Assembly: GCA_018400015.1 (NCBI GenBank)
Contig: JAGYNB010000001.1
Coordinates: forward strand, 264,124-328,123
Direction of reading: 5' to 3'
DNA: 64,000 nt
Source: Candidatus Omnitrophota bacterium
GTDB taxonomy: Bacteria > Omnitrophota > Gorgyraeia > Gygaellales > Gygaellaceae
The notes under the pieces were generated by a model. That model saw nothing but the letters and a program-made list of their open reading frames with translations, searched no databases and was not told the origin of the DNA. Both the position numbers and the translations under genes were made by a program. Positions 47,053 through 55,943 of the stretch are shown piece after piece; the stretch's first letter is position 1; each line of letters starts with the position of its first letter.

Positions 47053-48321
47053 ATGGATATAAAAACTTTAAATCTTATTATATTTGTGACTGCGTATCTT
47101 TTGATTGTTTTATTTACCAAAAAAAGAACGTTTATATCTATAGTTGCCGCAATATTATTAATATTAACTGGTTGTCTTTCTTTTCAGGAAGCATTATTTT
47201 CAATAAACTGGAATGTATTGGGTATATTTGTAGGCATGCTTTTCGTTGCTGATATATTTATGGAAAGCAAAGTGCCGGCGTATCTTGCAGAAGTAATCAT
47301 AGATCGTTCTAAGAATGTCAGCTGGGCAATTCTTTTTATCTGTATTTTAAGCGGAGTCATTTCAGCATTTTTAGAAAATGTCGCAACTGTGATTATTATT
47401 GCGCCTATTGCCTTGTCTATGGCAAAAAAGCTTAATTTCAATCCTGTAAAGATGATGATAGCAATTGCTATATCGAGTAATCTTCAAGGGGCAGCGACTT
47501 TGGTGGGGGATCCTCCGAGTATGCTTTTAGGTGGTTTTGCCAAAATGAATTTTGCCCATTTCTTTTTCTATCAAGGGAAGCCCAGTATTTTCTTTGCCGT
47601 GGAGTTGGGGGCTGTGGTTTCATTTGCCGTTTTGTATTTGATTTTTAGAAACAGAAAAGAAAAACCTTTATTCTTGCCTTTAGAAAAGGTGCGTTCCTGG
47701 GTGCCTACGGTTATTCTTGGTGTATTGATTTTATTATTGGCCTTGACATCTTTTGTAGATCTTGAGTTTTCCTATATGGCGGGTATTTTATGTATGATGT
47801 TTGCTTTGGTTAGTTTAATCTACAAGAGGTTAATTGTAAAAGAAAGCATAATAAACAATTTTAAGTTTTTTGACTGGGATACATCAGTTTTTTTGGTAGC
47901 GATTTTTGTTCTTGTGGGCAGTCTTCAGGTCAATGGATGGATTGATATCATATCTTCCAAGATTTCAGGCATAATCGGCGCAAATGTACTCTTAGGTTTT
48001 ATACTCATAATATTATTTTCTATTATTTTTTCAGCTTTTATCGACAACGTACCATTTCTGGCAGCTATGCTACCTGTGGCTATAGGTATTTCTGCTAATT
48101 TGAACATAAATCCGACTTTGTTTTTATTCGCTTTGCTAATCGGTGCCAGTCTCGGCGGGAATATAACCCCGATTGGCGCATCGGCAAATATAGTAGCCTG
48201 CGGCTTGCTTAAAAAAGAGGGTTATAACGTAAGCTTTAGAGAATTTGCCTGCATAGGATTACCTTTTACCATTGCAGCGACTTTGGCTGCGTCAATATTT
48301 GTTTGGTTTATCTGGAGTTAA
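47053..48321 (+). CDS. SLC13/ArsB/NhaD-superfamily permease (paralog of 17871..19253)
   Basis: 422 aa, ~12 TM; GGNITPIGASANIVA and GAATLVGDPPSML repeat motifs. Confidence 0.6.
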   Translation: MDIKTLNLIIFVTAYLLIVLFTKKRTFISIVAAILLILTGCLSFQEALFSINWNVLGIFVGMLFVADIFMESKVPAYLAEVIIDRSKNVSWAILFICILSGVISAFLENVATVIIIAPIALSMAKKLNFNPVKMMIAIAISSNLQGAATLVGDPPSMLLGGFAKMNFAHFFFYQGKPSIFFAVELGAVVSFAVLYLIFRNRKEKPLFLPLEKVRSWVPTVILGVLILLLALTSFVDLEFSYMAGILCMMFALVSLIYKRLIVKESIINNFKFFDWDTSVFLVAIFVLVGSLQVNGWIDIISSKISGIIGANVLLGFILIILFSIIFSAFIDNVPFLAAMLPVAIGISANLNINPTLFLFALLIGASLGGNITPIGASANIVACGLLKKEGYNVSFREFACIGLPFTIAATLAASIFVWFIWS

Positions 48322-48342
48322 AAATTTAAAGTCGCTCTTGAC

Positions 48343-48367
48343 AAATGATACTAATATGGTATCATTT
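48343..48367 (+). promoter_or_regulatory. Palindromic operator candidate overlapping promoter of the rrf2-nifU-sufCBD operon
   Basis: Perfect 9-bp inverted repeat AAATGATAC-n7-GTATCATTT immediately after a TTGACA hexamer (48338-48343). Confidence 0.4.
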
Positions 48368-48486
48368 ATTAAGAGGAGGCCGATATGGATATAAACATCA
48401 GATACATGTTAAGGCCTGTAGCCCACTGTAAAGAAGGCTGCAGTATTTAGTCCTGGGCAAGACATTAAACTGCCCAGCATTTAATC

Positions 48487-48909
48487 ATGAAACTTATCAC
48501 AAGACACACGGCTTATGCGGTGGGTGCTATACTTTTTGCCGCAAAAAGCAAGCAAGATATAATTTCTGTTGAGGAATTTTATAAAGGAACCCGTATTCCA
48601 AAAGCTTTTTTAAGAAAGATCCTGCAGATTTTGAGTAAGAGGAATATATTCAGTTCTTTTAAAGGCAAACAAGGCGGTTTTCGTTTAAGGAAAAATTCGA
48701 ATCAGATATCTTTAATAGATATAGCTGATATTTTCCAAGAAGGTTTGAAGATAAACGAGTGTTTTTTCAAGAAAAAACTTTGTGATAGCGAAAAGAATTG
48801 CGCCTTAAAAAAGAAAATCGATGACATAGAAAGAATGGTTGTAAAAGAATTAGAAAGTATTACAATAGCCTCTTTATTAAATTACAATAAAAGAAGGAGA
48901 TTAAAATGA
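48487..48909 (+). CDS. Rrf2-family transcriptional regulator
   Basis: 140 aa; the [12 protein letters not shown]...[21 protein letters not shown] winged-HTH is typical of Rrf2 (IscR/SufR-like); stop overlaps the nifU-like start. Confidence 0.75.
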   Translation: MKLITRHTAYAVGAILFAAKSKQDIISVEEFYKGTRIPKAFLRKILQILSKRNIFSSFKGKQGGFRLRKNSNQISLIDIADIFQEGLKINECFFKKKLCDSEKNCALKKKIDDIERMVVKELESITIASLLNYNKRRRLK

Positions 48910-49127
48910 GAGAGAAAGTAGAAGCAGCTTTGAATATGATCAAACCGATATTACAGGCAGATGGAGGTAATGTTGAGCTTGTAGATGTAACAAGTGATGG
49001 AATTGTAAAAGTAAAATTAACCGGTGCCTGCGGAAGTTGCCCGATGAGTCAGATGACTTTAAAAATGGGCATAGAGCAGACCCTTAAAAAAGAAGTTCCT
49101 GAGGTTAAAGAAGTAATCTCGGTTTAA
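48906..49127 (+). CDS. NifU-like (Nfu C-terminal domain) Fe-S cluster carrier
   Basis: 73 aa; GACGSCPMS CxxC motif of the Nfu/NifU C-terminal domain. Confidence 0.7.
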   Translation: MREKVEAALNMIKPILQADGGNVELVDVTSDGIVKVKLTGACGSCPMSQMTLKMGIEQTLKKEVPEVKEVISV

Positions 49128-49139
49128 CATGTTAATTTT

Positions 49140-49862
49140 ATGTTTTTCGAGATAAAAGACCTAACAGTTGAAGTTGAAGGTAAAACAATACTTAGAGATA
49201 TCAATCTTTCTATTGATAAAGATGAGGTTATGGTTCTTTTTGGTCCTAATGGAAGCGGGAAGACTACGCTTTTAAGGGCGATAATGGGTTTTGCTGGTTA
49301 TAAAGTAATTCAAGGTGAAATCATCTTTGAAGGCGAAAGAATAAATAATCTAACTATAGATGAGCGTGCCAGGCTTGGGTTAGGTATAATATATCAGCAC
49401 CCCGCGAGTATAAGGGGTGTAAAATTACATCAGATTGCCAGTTTTTTAACTAAAGATGATTCAAAAATAAAAGATCTCTCTCAGAGGCTGTCGCTTAGCA
49501 AGCATCTTGACAGAGACTTAAACCAGGGTTTTTCCGGAGGCGAGATGAAGCGGTCTGAGCTGTTTCAGATAATCCTGCAGGATTCTAAATTTCTCTGTCT
49601 TGACGAGCCGGAATCAGGAGTTGATATAGAAAATATTTCTATCATGGGTAAAGTTTTAGGCGAATATATTACCAAGTTAAAGAAATCCGCACTTGTAATA
49701 ACGCATACAGGATATATTCTAGATTATATAAATGCACAAAAAGGTTGTGTTATGATTGACGGGAAGCTTTGGTGTGTAGGCAATCCCAGACATATGTTTG
49801 AAAAAATCAAAGAGCTAGGCTATGAAAAGTGTAAAGACTGCCTCATCAGGAAAAGTACTTAA
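49140..49862 (+). CDS. sufC: Fe-S cluster assembly ATPase SufC
   Basis: 240 aa; Walker A GPNGSGKTTL, signature FSGGEMKRSE, Walker B LCLDEPESG. Confidence 0.85.
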   Translation: MFFEIKDLTVEVEGKTILRDINLSIDKDEVMVLFGPNGSGKTTLLRAIMGFAGYKVIQGEIIFEGERINNLTIDERARLGLGIIYQHPASIRGVKLHQIASFLTKDDSKIKDLSQRLSLSKHLDRDLNQGFSGGEMKRSELFQIILQDSKFLCLDEPESGVDIENISIMGKVLGEYITKLKKSALVITHTGYILDYINAQKGCVMIDGKLWCVGNPRHMFEKIKELGYEKCKDCLIRKST

Positions 49863-50946
49863 TACTAATCTGAAAAAGAATGATGTAGAGATTATTTCCT
49901 CTTCGGGAATGGATTTTTCTCAAGATAAACGCTCTGGGAGTTTTCTGCAATCCGATAATAAAATAGAGTTTATGAATACTTTGTATGACGGCCTTGATAT
50001 TATCGATATGGAAACCGCCCTGAAGAAAATACCTGAGGCAAAGAAATACTATGCGCGGGCTTTCAAGGAGTTAAAAAGAGATTTCCCCAAAGGCACAAAA
50101 GGCGGTTATTTTATTAGGGTAAAAAAAGGGACTGTCTTAAAGTTGCCCATACAGGCATGCCTGTTTTTAAAACAAAAAGCCTTTAAGCAAAAGGTGCATA
50201 ATTTGATAATTATTGAGGAAGGTGCAAAAGTTTATCTTATAACTGGTTGTTCCGCATCTAAAAGCGCATTTCATGCACACCATTTGGGTATATCTGAATT
50301 TTTCGTGAAAAAGGGAGCTTATTTGAATTTTACAATGATACATTCCTGGAAAGAAGATACTTTTGTGAAACCGATGAGCATTGCTATTGTAGAAGAAGAT
50401 GCTACATTTATATCAAATTACATATCTTTAAAACCTGTAAAGGAAGTTCAGATGTATCCTACGGCAGTATTAAAAGGGAAATCTGCCAGAGCGAGTTTTA
50501 ATTCTTTAATACTTTCTCATCCAGGCTCTGTCCAGGATATAGGTTCACGGGTGATATTTAAAGCTAAAAATACTCAAGCCGAGGTGATTTCCCGGGCAAT
50601 AAGCCTGGGTGGAAAGGTTATTGCCAGAGGTCATTTAAAATCAGAAGTTCCTCAAGTAAAGGCGCATCTTGAGTGCCGCGGTTTGATCTTGTCAGAAAAA
50701 GGGACTATACATGCTATTCCTGAAATGGAATCAGATTATAGAGATGTGAACATGTCTCATGAGGCAGCAATTGGAAAAATCAATAAAGAAGAGATAGAAT
50801 ATCTTTGTTCCAGGGGTTTTACGAGAAATCAAGCGCAATCAATTATAGTAAGAGGTTTTATGGATGTTGATGTTTTAGGTCTTCCTCAAGAGTTGAAGCA
50901 GGGAATAGAAGATTTAGAGAACAAAACTCTTCAGTCAAGTTTTTAG
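49822..50946 (+). CDS. SufB/SufD-family Fe-S assembly protein
   Basis: 374 aa; C-terminal beta-helix region similar to the SufBD fold (AHLECRGLILSEKGTIHAIPEME); the 41-nt overlap with sufC suggests the true start may be an internal Met. Confidence 0.65.
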   Translation: MKSVKTASSGKVLNTNLKKNDVEIISSSGMDFSQDKRSGSFLQSDNKIEFMNTLYDGLDIIDMETALKKIPEAKKYYARAFKELKRDFPKGTKGGYFIRVKKGTVLKLPIQACLFLKQKAFKQKVHNLIIIEEGAKVYLITGCSASKSAFHAHHLGISEFFVKKGAYLNFTMIHSWKEDTFVKPMSIAIVEEDATFISNYISLKPVKEVQMYPTAVLKGKSARASFNSLILSHPGSVQDIGSRVIFKAKNTQAEVISRAISLGGKVIARGHLKSEVPQVKAHLECRGLILSEKGTIHAIPEMESDYRDVNMSHEAAIGKINKEEIEYLCSRGFTRNQAQSIIVRGFMDVDVLGLPQELKQGIEDLENKTLQSSF

Positions 50947-50949
50947 AAG

Positions 50950-51660
50950 ATGAATTCTTTTAAGGCAAAATTGGTTGAAAAAATAAAGCGGACTCCCACC
51001 ATAGAGAGTTTTAGGTTTTCTATAATTGATAAACTTTCTTTTTTGCCGGGTCAGTATATTCAGGTTATGTTTGATTCGAGTAATCCTGATAATACAAAAA
51101 TAAATAAATATTTATCAATTTCCTGTTCGCCGTCAAAGGACTATATTGAAGTTACTAAAAGGTTGAGCGAGAGTGATTTCTCGTATCGTTTAAGGTCTTT
51201 GAAAGAGGCAGATGAATTAAGCTTCTCAGGTCCTTTTGGCAATTGTGTTTTTAGGCCCGAGTTTGAGAAAATAGCTTTTCTCATAGGCGGGATAGGCATT
51301 ACTCCTGTAATTTCTATGCTTGAGTATGTTGCCGAAAAAAACCTTTCTACGGATAGCATATTATTGTATTCTAATAGAAGTACAGAAGAAGCAGCCTTTA
51401 AGGATGTTTTAGATGGCTTTAGCGGGCATTCAAAGAACATAAAAACTATTTTTACCGTAAGCGAAGAAAGTGTTCAAAATCAAGATTATTTATATGGGCG
51501 GATTGATAAGACAATGGTGGAAAGCTATATGCCTGATTTTCAGCAGAGAATATTTTTTATTTTTGGGCCAGGCGCCATGGTAGAAGCCATGGTAAAGATT
51601 TTAAAAGATTTAAAAGTGCAAGAAGCCAACATAAAAAAAGAAGTCTTTATCGGCTATTAA
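50950..51660 (+). CDS. FNR-like FAD/NAD(P)-binding oxidoreductase
   Basis: 236 aa; FAD-binding barrel + NAD Rossmann (FLIGGIGITP, FIFGPGAM); no C-terminal Fe-S Cys cluster. Confidence 0.55.
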   Translation: MNSFKAKLVEKIKRTPTIESFRFSIIDKLSFLPGQYIQVMFDSSNPDNTKINKYLSISCSPSKDYIEVTKRLSESDFSYRLRSLKEADELSFSGPFGNCVFRPEFEKIAFLIGGIGITPVISMLEYVAEKNLSTDSILLYSNRSTEEAAFKDVLDGFSGHSKNIKTIFTVSEESVQNQDYLYGRIDKTMVESYMPDFQQRIFFIFGPGAMVEAMVKILKDLKVQEANIKKEVFIGY

Positions 51661-51671
51661 AAGGAGGCTTT

Positions 51672-52064
51672 ATGAAGACTATAAAAGAATTATTTAACAG
51701 CGCAGATTGGAAATTGGAAAAACATGTTCCGGTGATTGAGGTCAAAGGCAGTATTAAAAAGAGCGAGAATATAAATTTTAGTGTGAGCGTAGGAAAAGAA
51801 ATTACACATCCCAACACAACCGAACATCACATAGTTTATATGGAGGTATATTTTCTTCCTGATGCGGAGAGAAACCCGTATCTTCTTGGAAGGGTGGATT
51901 TTTCTGCGCATGGCGCATCTGTAAAAGGGCCTAATACAAGCGGTGTTTATACTGCTGCGATGATTGAATTGAGTTTTAAAACAGATTCACCCGGTACGAT
52001 TTTAGCATATAGCTACTGTAATATTCACGGGCTTTGGGACAGTTCTTACGAATTAAAGTTCTAG
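51672..52064 (+). CDS. sor: Superoxide reductase (neelaredoxin-type desulfoferrodoxin family)
   Basis: 130 aa; EKHVPVIE catalytic Glu-Lys-His motif plus His/Cys ligands (HPNTTEHH, CNIHG). Confidence 0.8.
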   Translation: MKTIKELFNSADWKLEKHVPVIEVKGSIKKSENINFSVSVGKEITHPNTTEHHIVYMEVYFLPDAERNPYLLGRVDFSAHGASVKGPNTSGVYTAAMIELSFKTDSPGTILAYSYCNIHGLWDSSYELKF

Positions 52065-52073
52065 GAGATTATT

Positions 52074-52940
52074 TTGGAAAATAAGCTTAAGCAAAAAATC
52101 ATAAATTTAGAAAATAACGAATTTACGGAATATCTTATCTACCAAAAAATTTCTAAATTAGTAAAGGATAAATCTCAATCGGAGGTTTTATCGCAGATTG
52201 CACAGGAAGAGTTAAAACACTGCGATATCTTTAAGTCTATCACTAAAGTAGAGCCAAAGCCGAAGCATTTAAAGCTGATTTTTTATGTTTTAACCGCGAG
52301 ATTATTGGGCCTTACTTTTGCTTTAAGGCTTATGGAATCCCAGGAAGGCTTAGCGCAAAGCACATATGAAAAAGTTAGTCAGATAGATTCGAGGATTGAA
52401 GAAATTATTAAAGATGAGAATAAGCATGAGAATGCACTTATTGATCTTATAAATGAAGACCGTCTTAAATATGTAAGTTCAATAGTGTTAGGTTTAAACG
52501 ATGCCTTGGTGGAATTAACCGGTGCATTGGTTGGATTTACCCTTGCGCTTCAGAATACCCGCCTTATTGCAATAGTCGGACTTATTACAGGGATAGCTGC
52601 TTCTATGTCTATGGCTGCTTCGGAATATTTATCCACAAAGCAGGAAAAGACCGACAAGAACCCCTTAAGGGCGAGTATCTATACAGGTTTTGCATATGTG
52701 TTAACGGTGTTATTTTTAGTTTTTCCGTACTTTTTATTGGAAAATGTAGTTTTATGTTTATTGTTGGTCATTTTCAATGCACTGCTGGTGATAGTTATAT
52801 TTACTTTCTATATTTCGGTTGCAAAGCAGTTATCTTTTAGAAAGCGTTTCTTAGAGATGGCTTCTATAAGCTTGACCATCGCCGGTATTAATTTTGTTAT
52901 TGGTCTAGGCATCAGAAAATTTTTCGGTATAGATATTTAA
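52074..52940 (+). CDS. Ferritin-like domain fused to VIT1/CCC1-family iron transporter
   Basis: 288 aa; N-terminal diiron-like EELKHCDIF...ENKHE helices; C-terminal 5-TM VIT1 region (GLNDALVELTGALVG). Confidence 0.65.
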   Translation: MENKLKQKIINLENNEFTEYLIYQKISKLVKDKSQSEVLSQIAQEELKHCDIFKSITKVEPKPKHLKLIFYVLTARLLGLTFALRLMESQEGLAQSTYEKVSQIDSRIEEIIKDENKHENALIDLINEDRLKYVSSIVLGLNDALVELTGALVGFTLALQNTRLIAIVGLITGIAASMSMAASEYLSTKQEKTDKNPLRASIYTGFAYVLTVLFLVFPYFLLENVVLCLLLVIFNALLVIVIFTFYISVAKQLSFRKRFLEMASISLTIAGINFVIGLGIRKFFGIDI

Positions 52941-52958
52941 TTAAACAAGGAGGATATA

Positions 52959-53135
52959 ATGGGACCTGTCGAAGCATTGAAAATAGCTCTTTCTAAGGAA
53001 GAAAGCTCCGTAGAGTTGTATACCAGACTTTCAACACAAGCGCCGGCAGCTCGTGATATTCTTCTTTTTTTAATTGAAGAAGAGCAAAAACATAAACATC
53101 TGATTGACAAAAAAATAGCAGAGTTAACAACCTAA
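52959..53135 (+). CDS. Small ferritin/rubrerythrin-like fragment protein (58 aa)
   Basis: Not in the ORF track (<60 aa). RBS aaggagg 5 nt upstream. Sequence MGPVEALKIALSKEESSVELY...LLFLIEEEQKHKHL resembles the first helix pair of ORF 54171. Confidence 0.3.
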   Translation: MGPVEALKIALSKEESSVELYTRLSTQAPAARDILLFLIEEEQKHKHLIDKKIAELTT

Positions 53136-53145
53136 AGGATAAACG

Positions 53146-53610
53146 ATGGTTAGTTTATCTATAGATGTGATCAAATTCTTCGAACGTCAGGGTTGCGTAT
53201 TGGTGGCGACTTTTTCTAGTGACGGCAGTATACATAATTCCTGTAAAGGCATTGTCAGGATTAACAAAAAAGGCGAAGTTTATATAATGGATCTTTATAA
53301 AGCAGTTACTTATAACAATCTTCAAAAAGATCATAGGATTTCCATAACGGCTTACAATGAAACTAAATTTACCGGATATAGCCTAAAGGGAAGAGCTAAA
53401 ATTCTTCCAGAAAGTGGCATAACAGCATCACTTTTAGATGATTGGAATAAAAGACTTACTTCAAGAATAGCCACAAGATTACTGGATAATATAAAAAGTA
53501 ATAATTCTTTAGCTCGACATCATGAAGCTCATTTGCCCAAGCCTAATTATTTAATTGTTATTCAGGTTGACGAAGTGGTTGATCTTGCTCCAAAAGAAGT
53601 GAAAATTTAG
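53146..53610 (+). CDS. Pyridoxamine 5'-phosphate oxidase-like FMN-binding split-barrel protein
   Basis: 154 aa; size and the GCVLVATFSSDGSIHNS pattern fit the PNPOx-like fold. Confidence 0.5.
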   Translation: MVSLSIDVIKFFERQGCVLVATFSSDGSIHNSCKGIVRINKKGEVYIMDLYKAVTYNNLQKDHRISITAYNETKFTGYSLKGRAKILPESGITASLLDDWNKRLTSRIATRLLDNIKSNNSLARHHEAHLPKPNYLIVIQVDEVVDLAPKEVKI

Positions 53611-53619
53611 AGGTGTTTT

Positions 53620-54156
53620 ATGTTTGTTTTGGCAATTAATGCAAGTCCAAGAATAAACGGAAATACGGATATATTGATTGATAAGGTATTGGAGGGGTTT
53701 ATTTCTAAAGGCTGTGATAGCGAGAAAATATATCTTGATAAACTTAACATAGCAGCTTACCGCGATGATCTGCCGCAGGATGATTTTAATAATGTTTTAG
53801 AGAAAATTAAAGCTGCTGATATTTTGATTTTGGGCTCACCGATATATTTTGGCAGCATGACAGCTCAATTAAAAACATTGATCGATCGCTTTCAAAGCGT
53901 GTGGGAAGATAAAATATTCAGAGGGTTAAATTTTTCGCACAAGAGGCAAAAGGGTATTTTTATATCCGTTCAGGGTGATAAAAAAAGCTCATATTTCGAT
54001 AATGCAAGATCTATCATTAAAAACTTTTTTGCTGTTACGGGCATAGAATATTCTAATGAATTATTTTGTACTGAGTGCGAAGATAAGCAAGACGTTTTAA
54101 ATAATAATGATTTACTGCAAGAAGCTTTTGAAATGGGGAAAGACTTTTCATTTTAA
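53620..54156 (+). CDS. Flavodoxin-like NAD(P)H-dependent FMN reductase
   Basis: 178 aa; the AINASPRINGNT...ILILGSPIYFGSMTAQLKTLIDR motif is typical of the NADPH-dependent FMN reductase / iron-sulfur-flavoprotein family (no Isf Cys cluster). Confidence 0.65.
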   Translation: MFVLAINASPRINGNTDILIDKVLEGFISKGCDSEKIYLDKLNIAAYRDDLPQDDFNNVLEKIKAADILILGSPIYFGSMTAQLKTLIDRFQSVWEDKIFRGLNFSHKRQKGIFISVQGDKKSSYFDNARSIIKNFFAVTGIEYSNELFCTECEDKQDVLNNNDLLQEAFEMGKDFSF

Positions 54157-54170
54157 TAAAGGAGAATTTT

Positions 54171-54668
54171 ATGGAAAATAAGATTTCCGGAGCGGAGTTG
54201 TTAAATATCGCTGTTAGAATTGAAAATAATGGTTATGCTTTTTATGATCAGTTTGCTAAAAAGGCTAAAGATAACGCAGTAAACGCTATGCTTATTTATT
54301 TAAGAGACGAAGAAAAGAAACACTCGGATAAATTTAGCTATATGCTAGAAGAATTGCATAAAAAAGCTGGTCAAGAAAGCCTTTATACGCAGGAATACTC
54401 TGCTTATATAAAAAGTATTGCTTCAAAGCTAGTATTTTCTCAAGAAAATACAGGTATAGAGATTGCTCAAGAAATGAAAAGCGATAAACAGGCAATTGAG
54501 AAGGCGATTGAATTTGAAAAAGATTCTATCCGTTATTATAATGCGATGAAAGAAGCGGTTTCTGAAGGAGAAAAGAACGTATTGGAAGAAGTGGTACATG
54601 AAGAAGAGGTGCATCTTGAGAAATTATCAGGTTTATTGGCAGGTTTAGAGAATGCAGGAGGTGTTTAA
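54171..54668 (+). CDS. Rubrerythrin/ferritin-like diiron protein
   Basis: 165 aa; paired E...EEKKH and EFEKDSIRYY...EEEVH helices consistent with a ferritin-like four-helix bundle. Confidence 0.55.
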   Translation: MENKISGAELLNIAVRIENNGYAFYDQFAKKAKDNAVNAMLIYLRDEEKKHSDKFSYMLEELHKKAGQESLYTQEYSAYIKSIASKLVFSQENTGIEIAQEMKSDKQAIEKAIEFEKDSIRYYNAMKEAVSEGEKNVLEEVVHEEEVHLEKLSGLLAGLENAGGV

Positions 54669-54905
54669 ATGAATAAGAATGTAATAGTGTATAGTACGCC
54701 TACATGTCCATATTGCGCGAAACTTAAAGATTTCTTAAAAGAAAATAATATTAATTTTACCGAATTTGATGTTTCTACTGATTTAACAGCAGCCCAGGAG
54801 ATGACTTCCAAGACAGGCCAGATGGGCGTGCCTGTTTTGGATATTGAGGGAGAAATTATTATTGGTTTTGATAAGGAAAAGATAAAATTCATTTTAGAAA
54901 TTTAA
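54669..54905 (+). CDS. Glutaredoxin-like protein
   Basis: 78 aa; YSTPTCPYCAKLKDFL CPYC active site; GVPVL cis-Pro region. Confidence 0.75.
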   Translation: MNKNVIVYSTPTCPYCAKLKDFLKENNINFTEFDVSTDLTAAQEMTSKTGQMGVPVLDIEGEIIIGFDKEKIKFILEI

Positions 54906-54924
54906 TAAAAAGGGAAACATAATT

Positions 54925-55869
54925 ATGCATATTTCTAAAGTTGCGGTTGTCGGTGTTGGCAGTGTAGGAAGCACGTTCGCTTATTCGCTGATGATTAGCG
55001 GCCTAGCAAGAGAAATAGTTTTAATTGACGCCAATAGGGAGCGCTTAATAGGCGAATGCATGGATTTAAACCACGGGGCGAGCTTTGTAAATCCGGTTGA
55101 TATTCATGAAGGTGATTATAAAGATTGTAAAGATGCTGATGTCGTGGTTGTTACTTTAGGAGCAAAACAAAGTCCGGGTCAGTCGCGGCTTGATTTAATA
55201 AAAACCAATGCCGGCATATTTAAAGAAGTGATTCCTAAAGTCGTAAAATATTGTAGGCAGGGGGTATTGTTGATTGTATCAAATCCCGTAGATATCCTCA
55301 CTTATCTTGCTTTGAAGATATCCGGAATCGAAAAAAATAGAGTTTTTGGTTCTGGTACAGTATTGGATAGTTCGAGGCTTAAGTATTCTATAAGTAAAAA
55401 CTGTAAAATTGATGCAAGGAATATCCATGCTTATATTATTGGAGAGCACGGTGATAGTGAATTGGTAGTATGGAGCCAGGCGAGCATTGCCGGAATGAAA
55501 ATTGCCGAATATTGTCCTAAGTGCAATAAGGCTTGTGATTATCACAAGAGGTTGAATAATATTTTTGATGAGGTTAAGAATTCCGCGTATGAGATTATTA
55601 AGCGCAAAGGCTCTACTTATTATGCCATAGGTTTATCTTTGGTTAAGATTGTGCAGGCAATAATAAGGGATGAAAATTCCATTCTGCCGGTTTCTAGTTT
55701 AATCGATGACTATTATGGGATAAAAGATGTTTGTTTTAGTCTTCCTTGCAAGGTTAACAGATCCGGAGTAGAAAAAGTTTTAAAGATAGAGTTGTCAAGT
55801 CAAGAACAGGTTCAGCTTAAAGAATCAGCGGATAAATTAAAGGGTATTATTGAATCGTTAGGTATATAA
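54925..55869 (+). CDS. ldh: L-lactate dehydrogenase (LDH/MDH family; Gln at substrate-specificity position suggests LDH)
   Basis: 314 aa; GVGSVGS NAD Rossmann; GAKQSPGQSRLDL (Q not R); IGEHGDSEL catalytic His loop. Confidence 0.75.
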   Translation: MHISKVAVVGVGSVGSTFAYSLMISGLAREIVLIDANRERLIGECMDLNHGASFVNPVDIHEGDYKDCKDADVVVVTLGAKQSPGQSRLDLIKTNAGIFKEVIPKVVKYCRQGVLLIVSNPVDILTYLALKISGIEKNRVFGSGTVLDSSRLKYSISKNCKIDARNIHAYIIGEHGDSELVVWSQASIAGMKIAEYCPKCNKACDYHKRLNNIFDEVKNSAYEIIKRKGSTYYAIGLSLVKIVQAIIRDENSILPVSSLIDDYYGIKDVCFSLPCKVNRSGVEKVLKIELSSQEQVQLKESADKLKGIIESLGI

Positions 55870-55898
55870 GTTTCTATTAAGGGTTTAAGGTAAATTAA

Positions 55899-55930
55899 AA
55901 AGGCAGCTGTTTAGGCTGCCTTTTTTGTTT
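55899..55930. terminator. Bidirectional rho-independent terminator between convergent ldh and glnA
   Basis: GGCAGC-tgtttag-GCTGCC hairpin flanked by A-run upstream and T-run downstream. Confidence 0.55.
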
Positions 55931-55943
55931 GTTATTGCATGGT

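Noticed and set aside
49822-49862. 41-nt overlap between sufC and the SufBD-like ORF
   Set aside because: Probably an over-extended ORF-track start for the SufBD-like gene rather than genuine overlap or programmed frameshifting. An internal Met shortly downstream would give a conventional arrangement.
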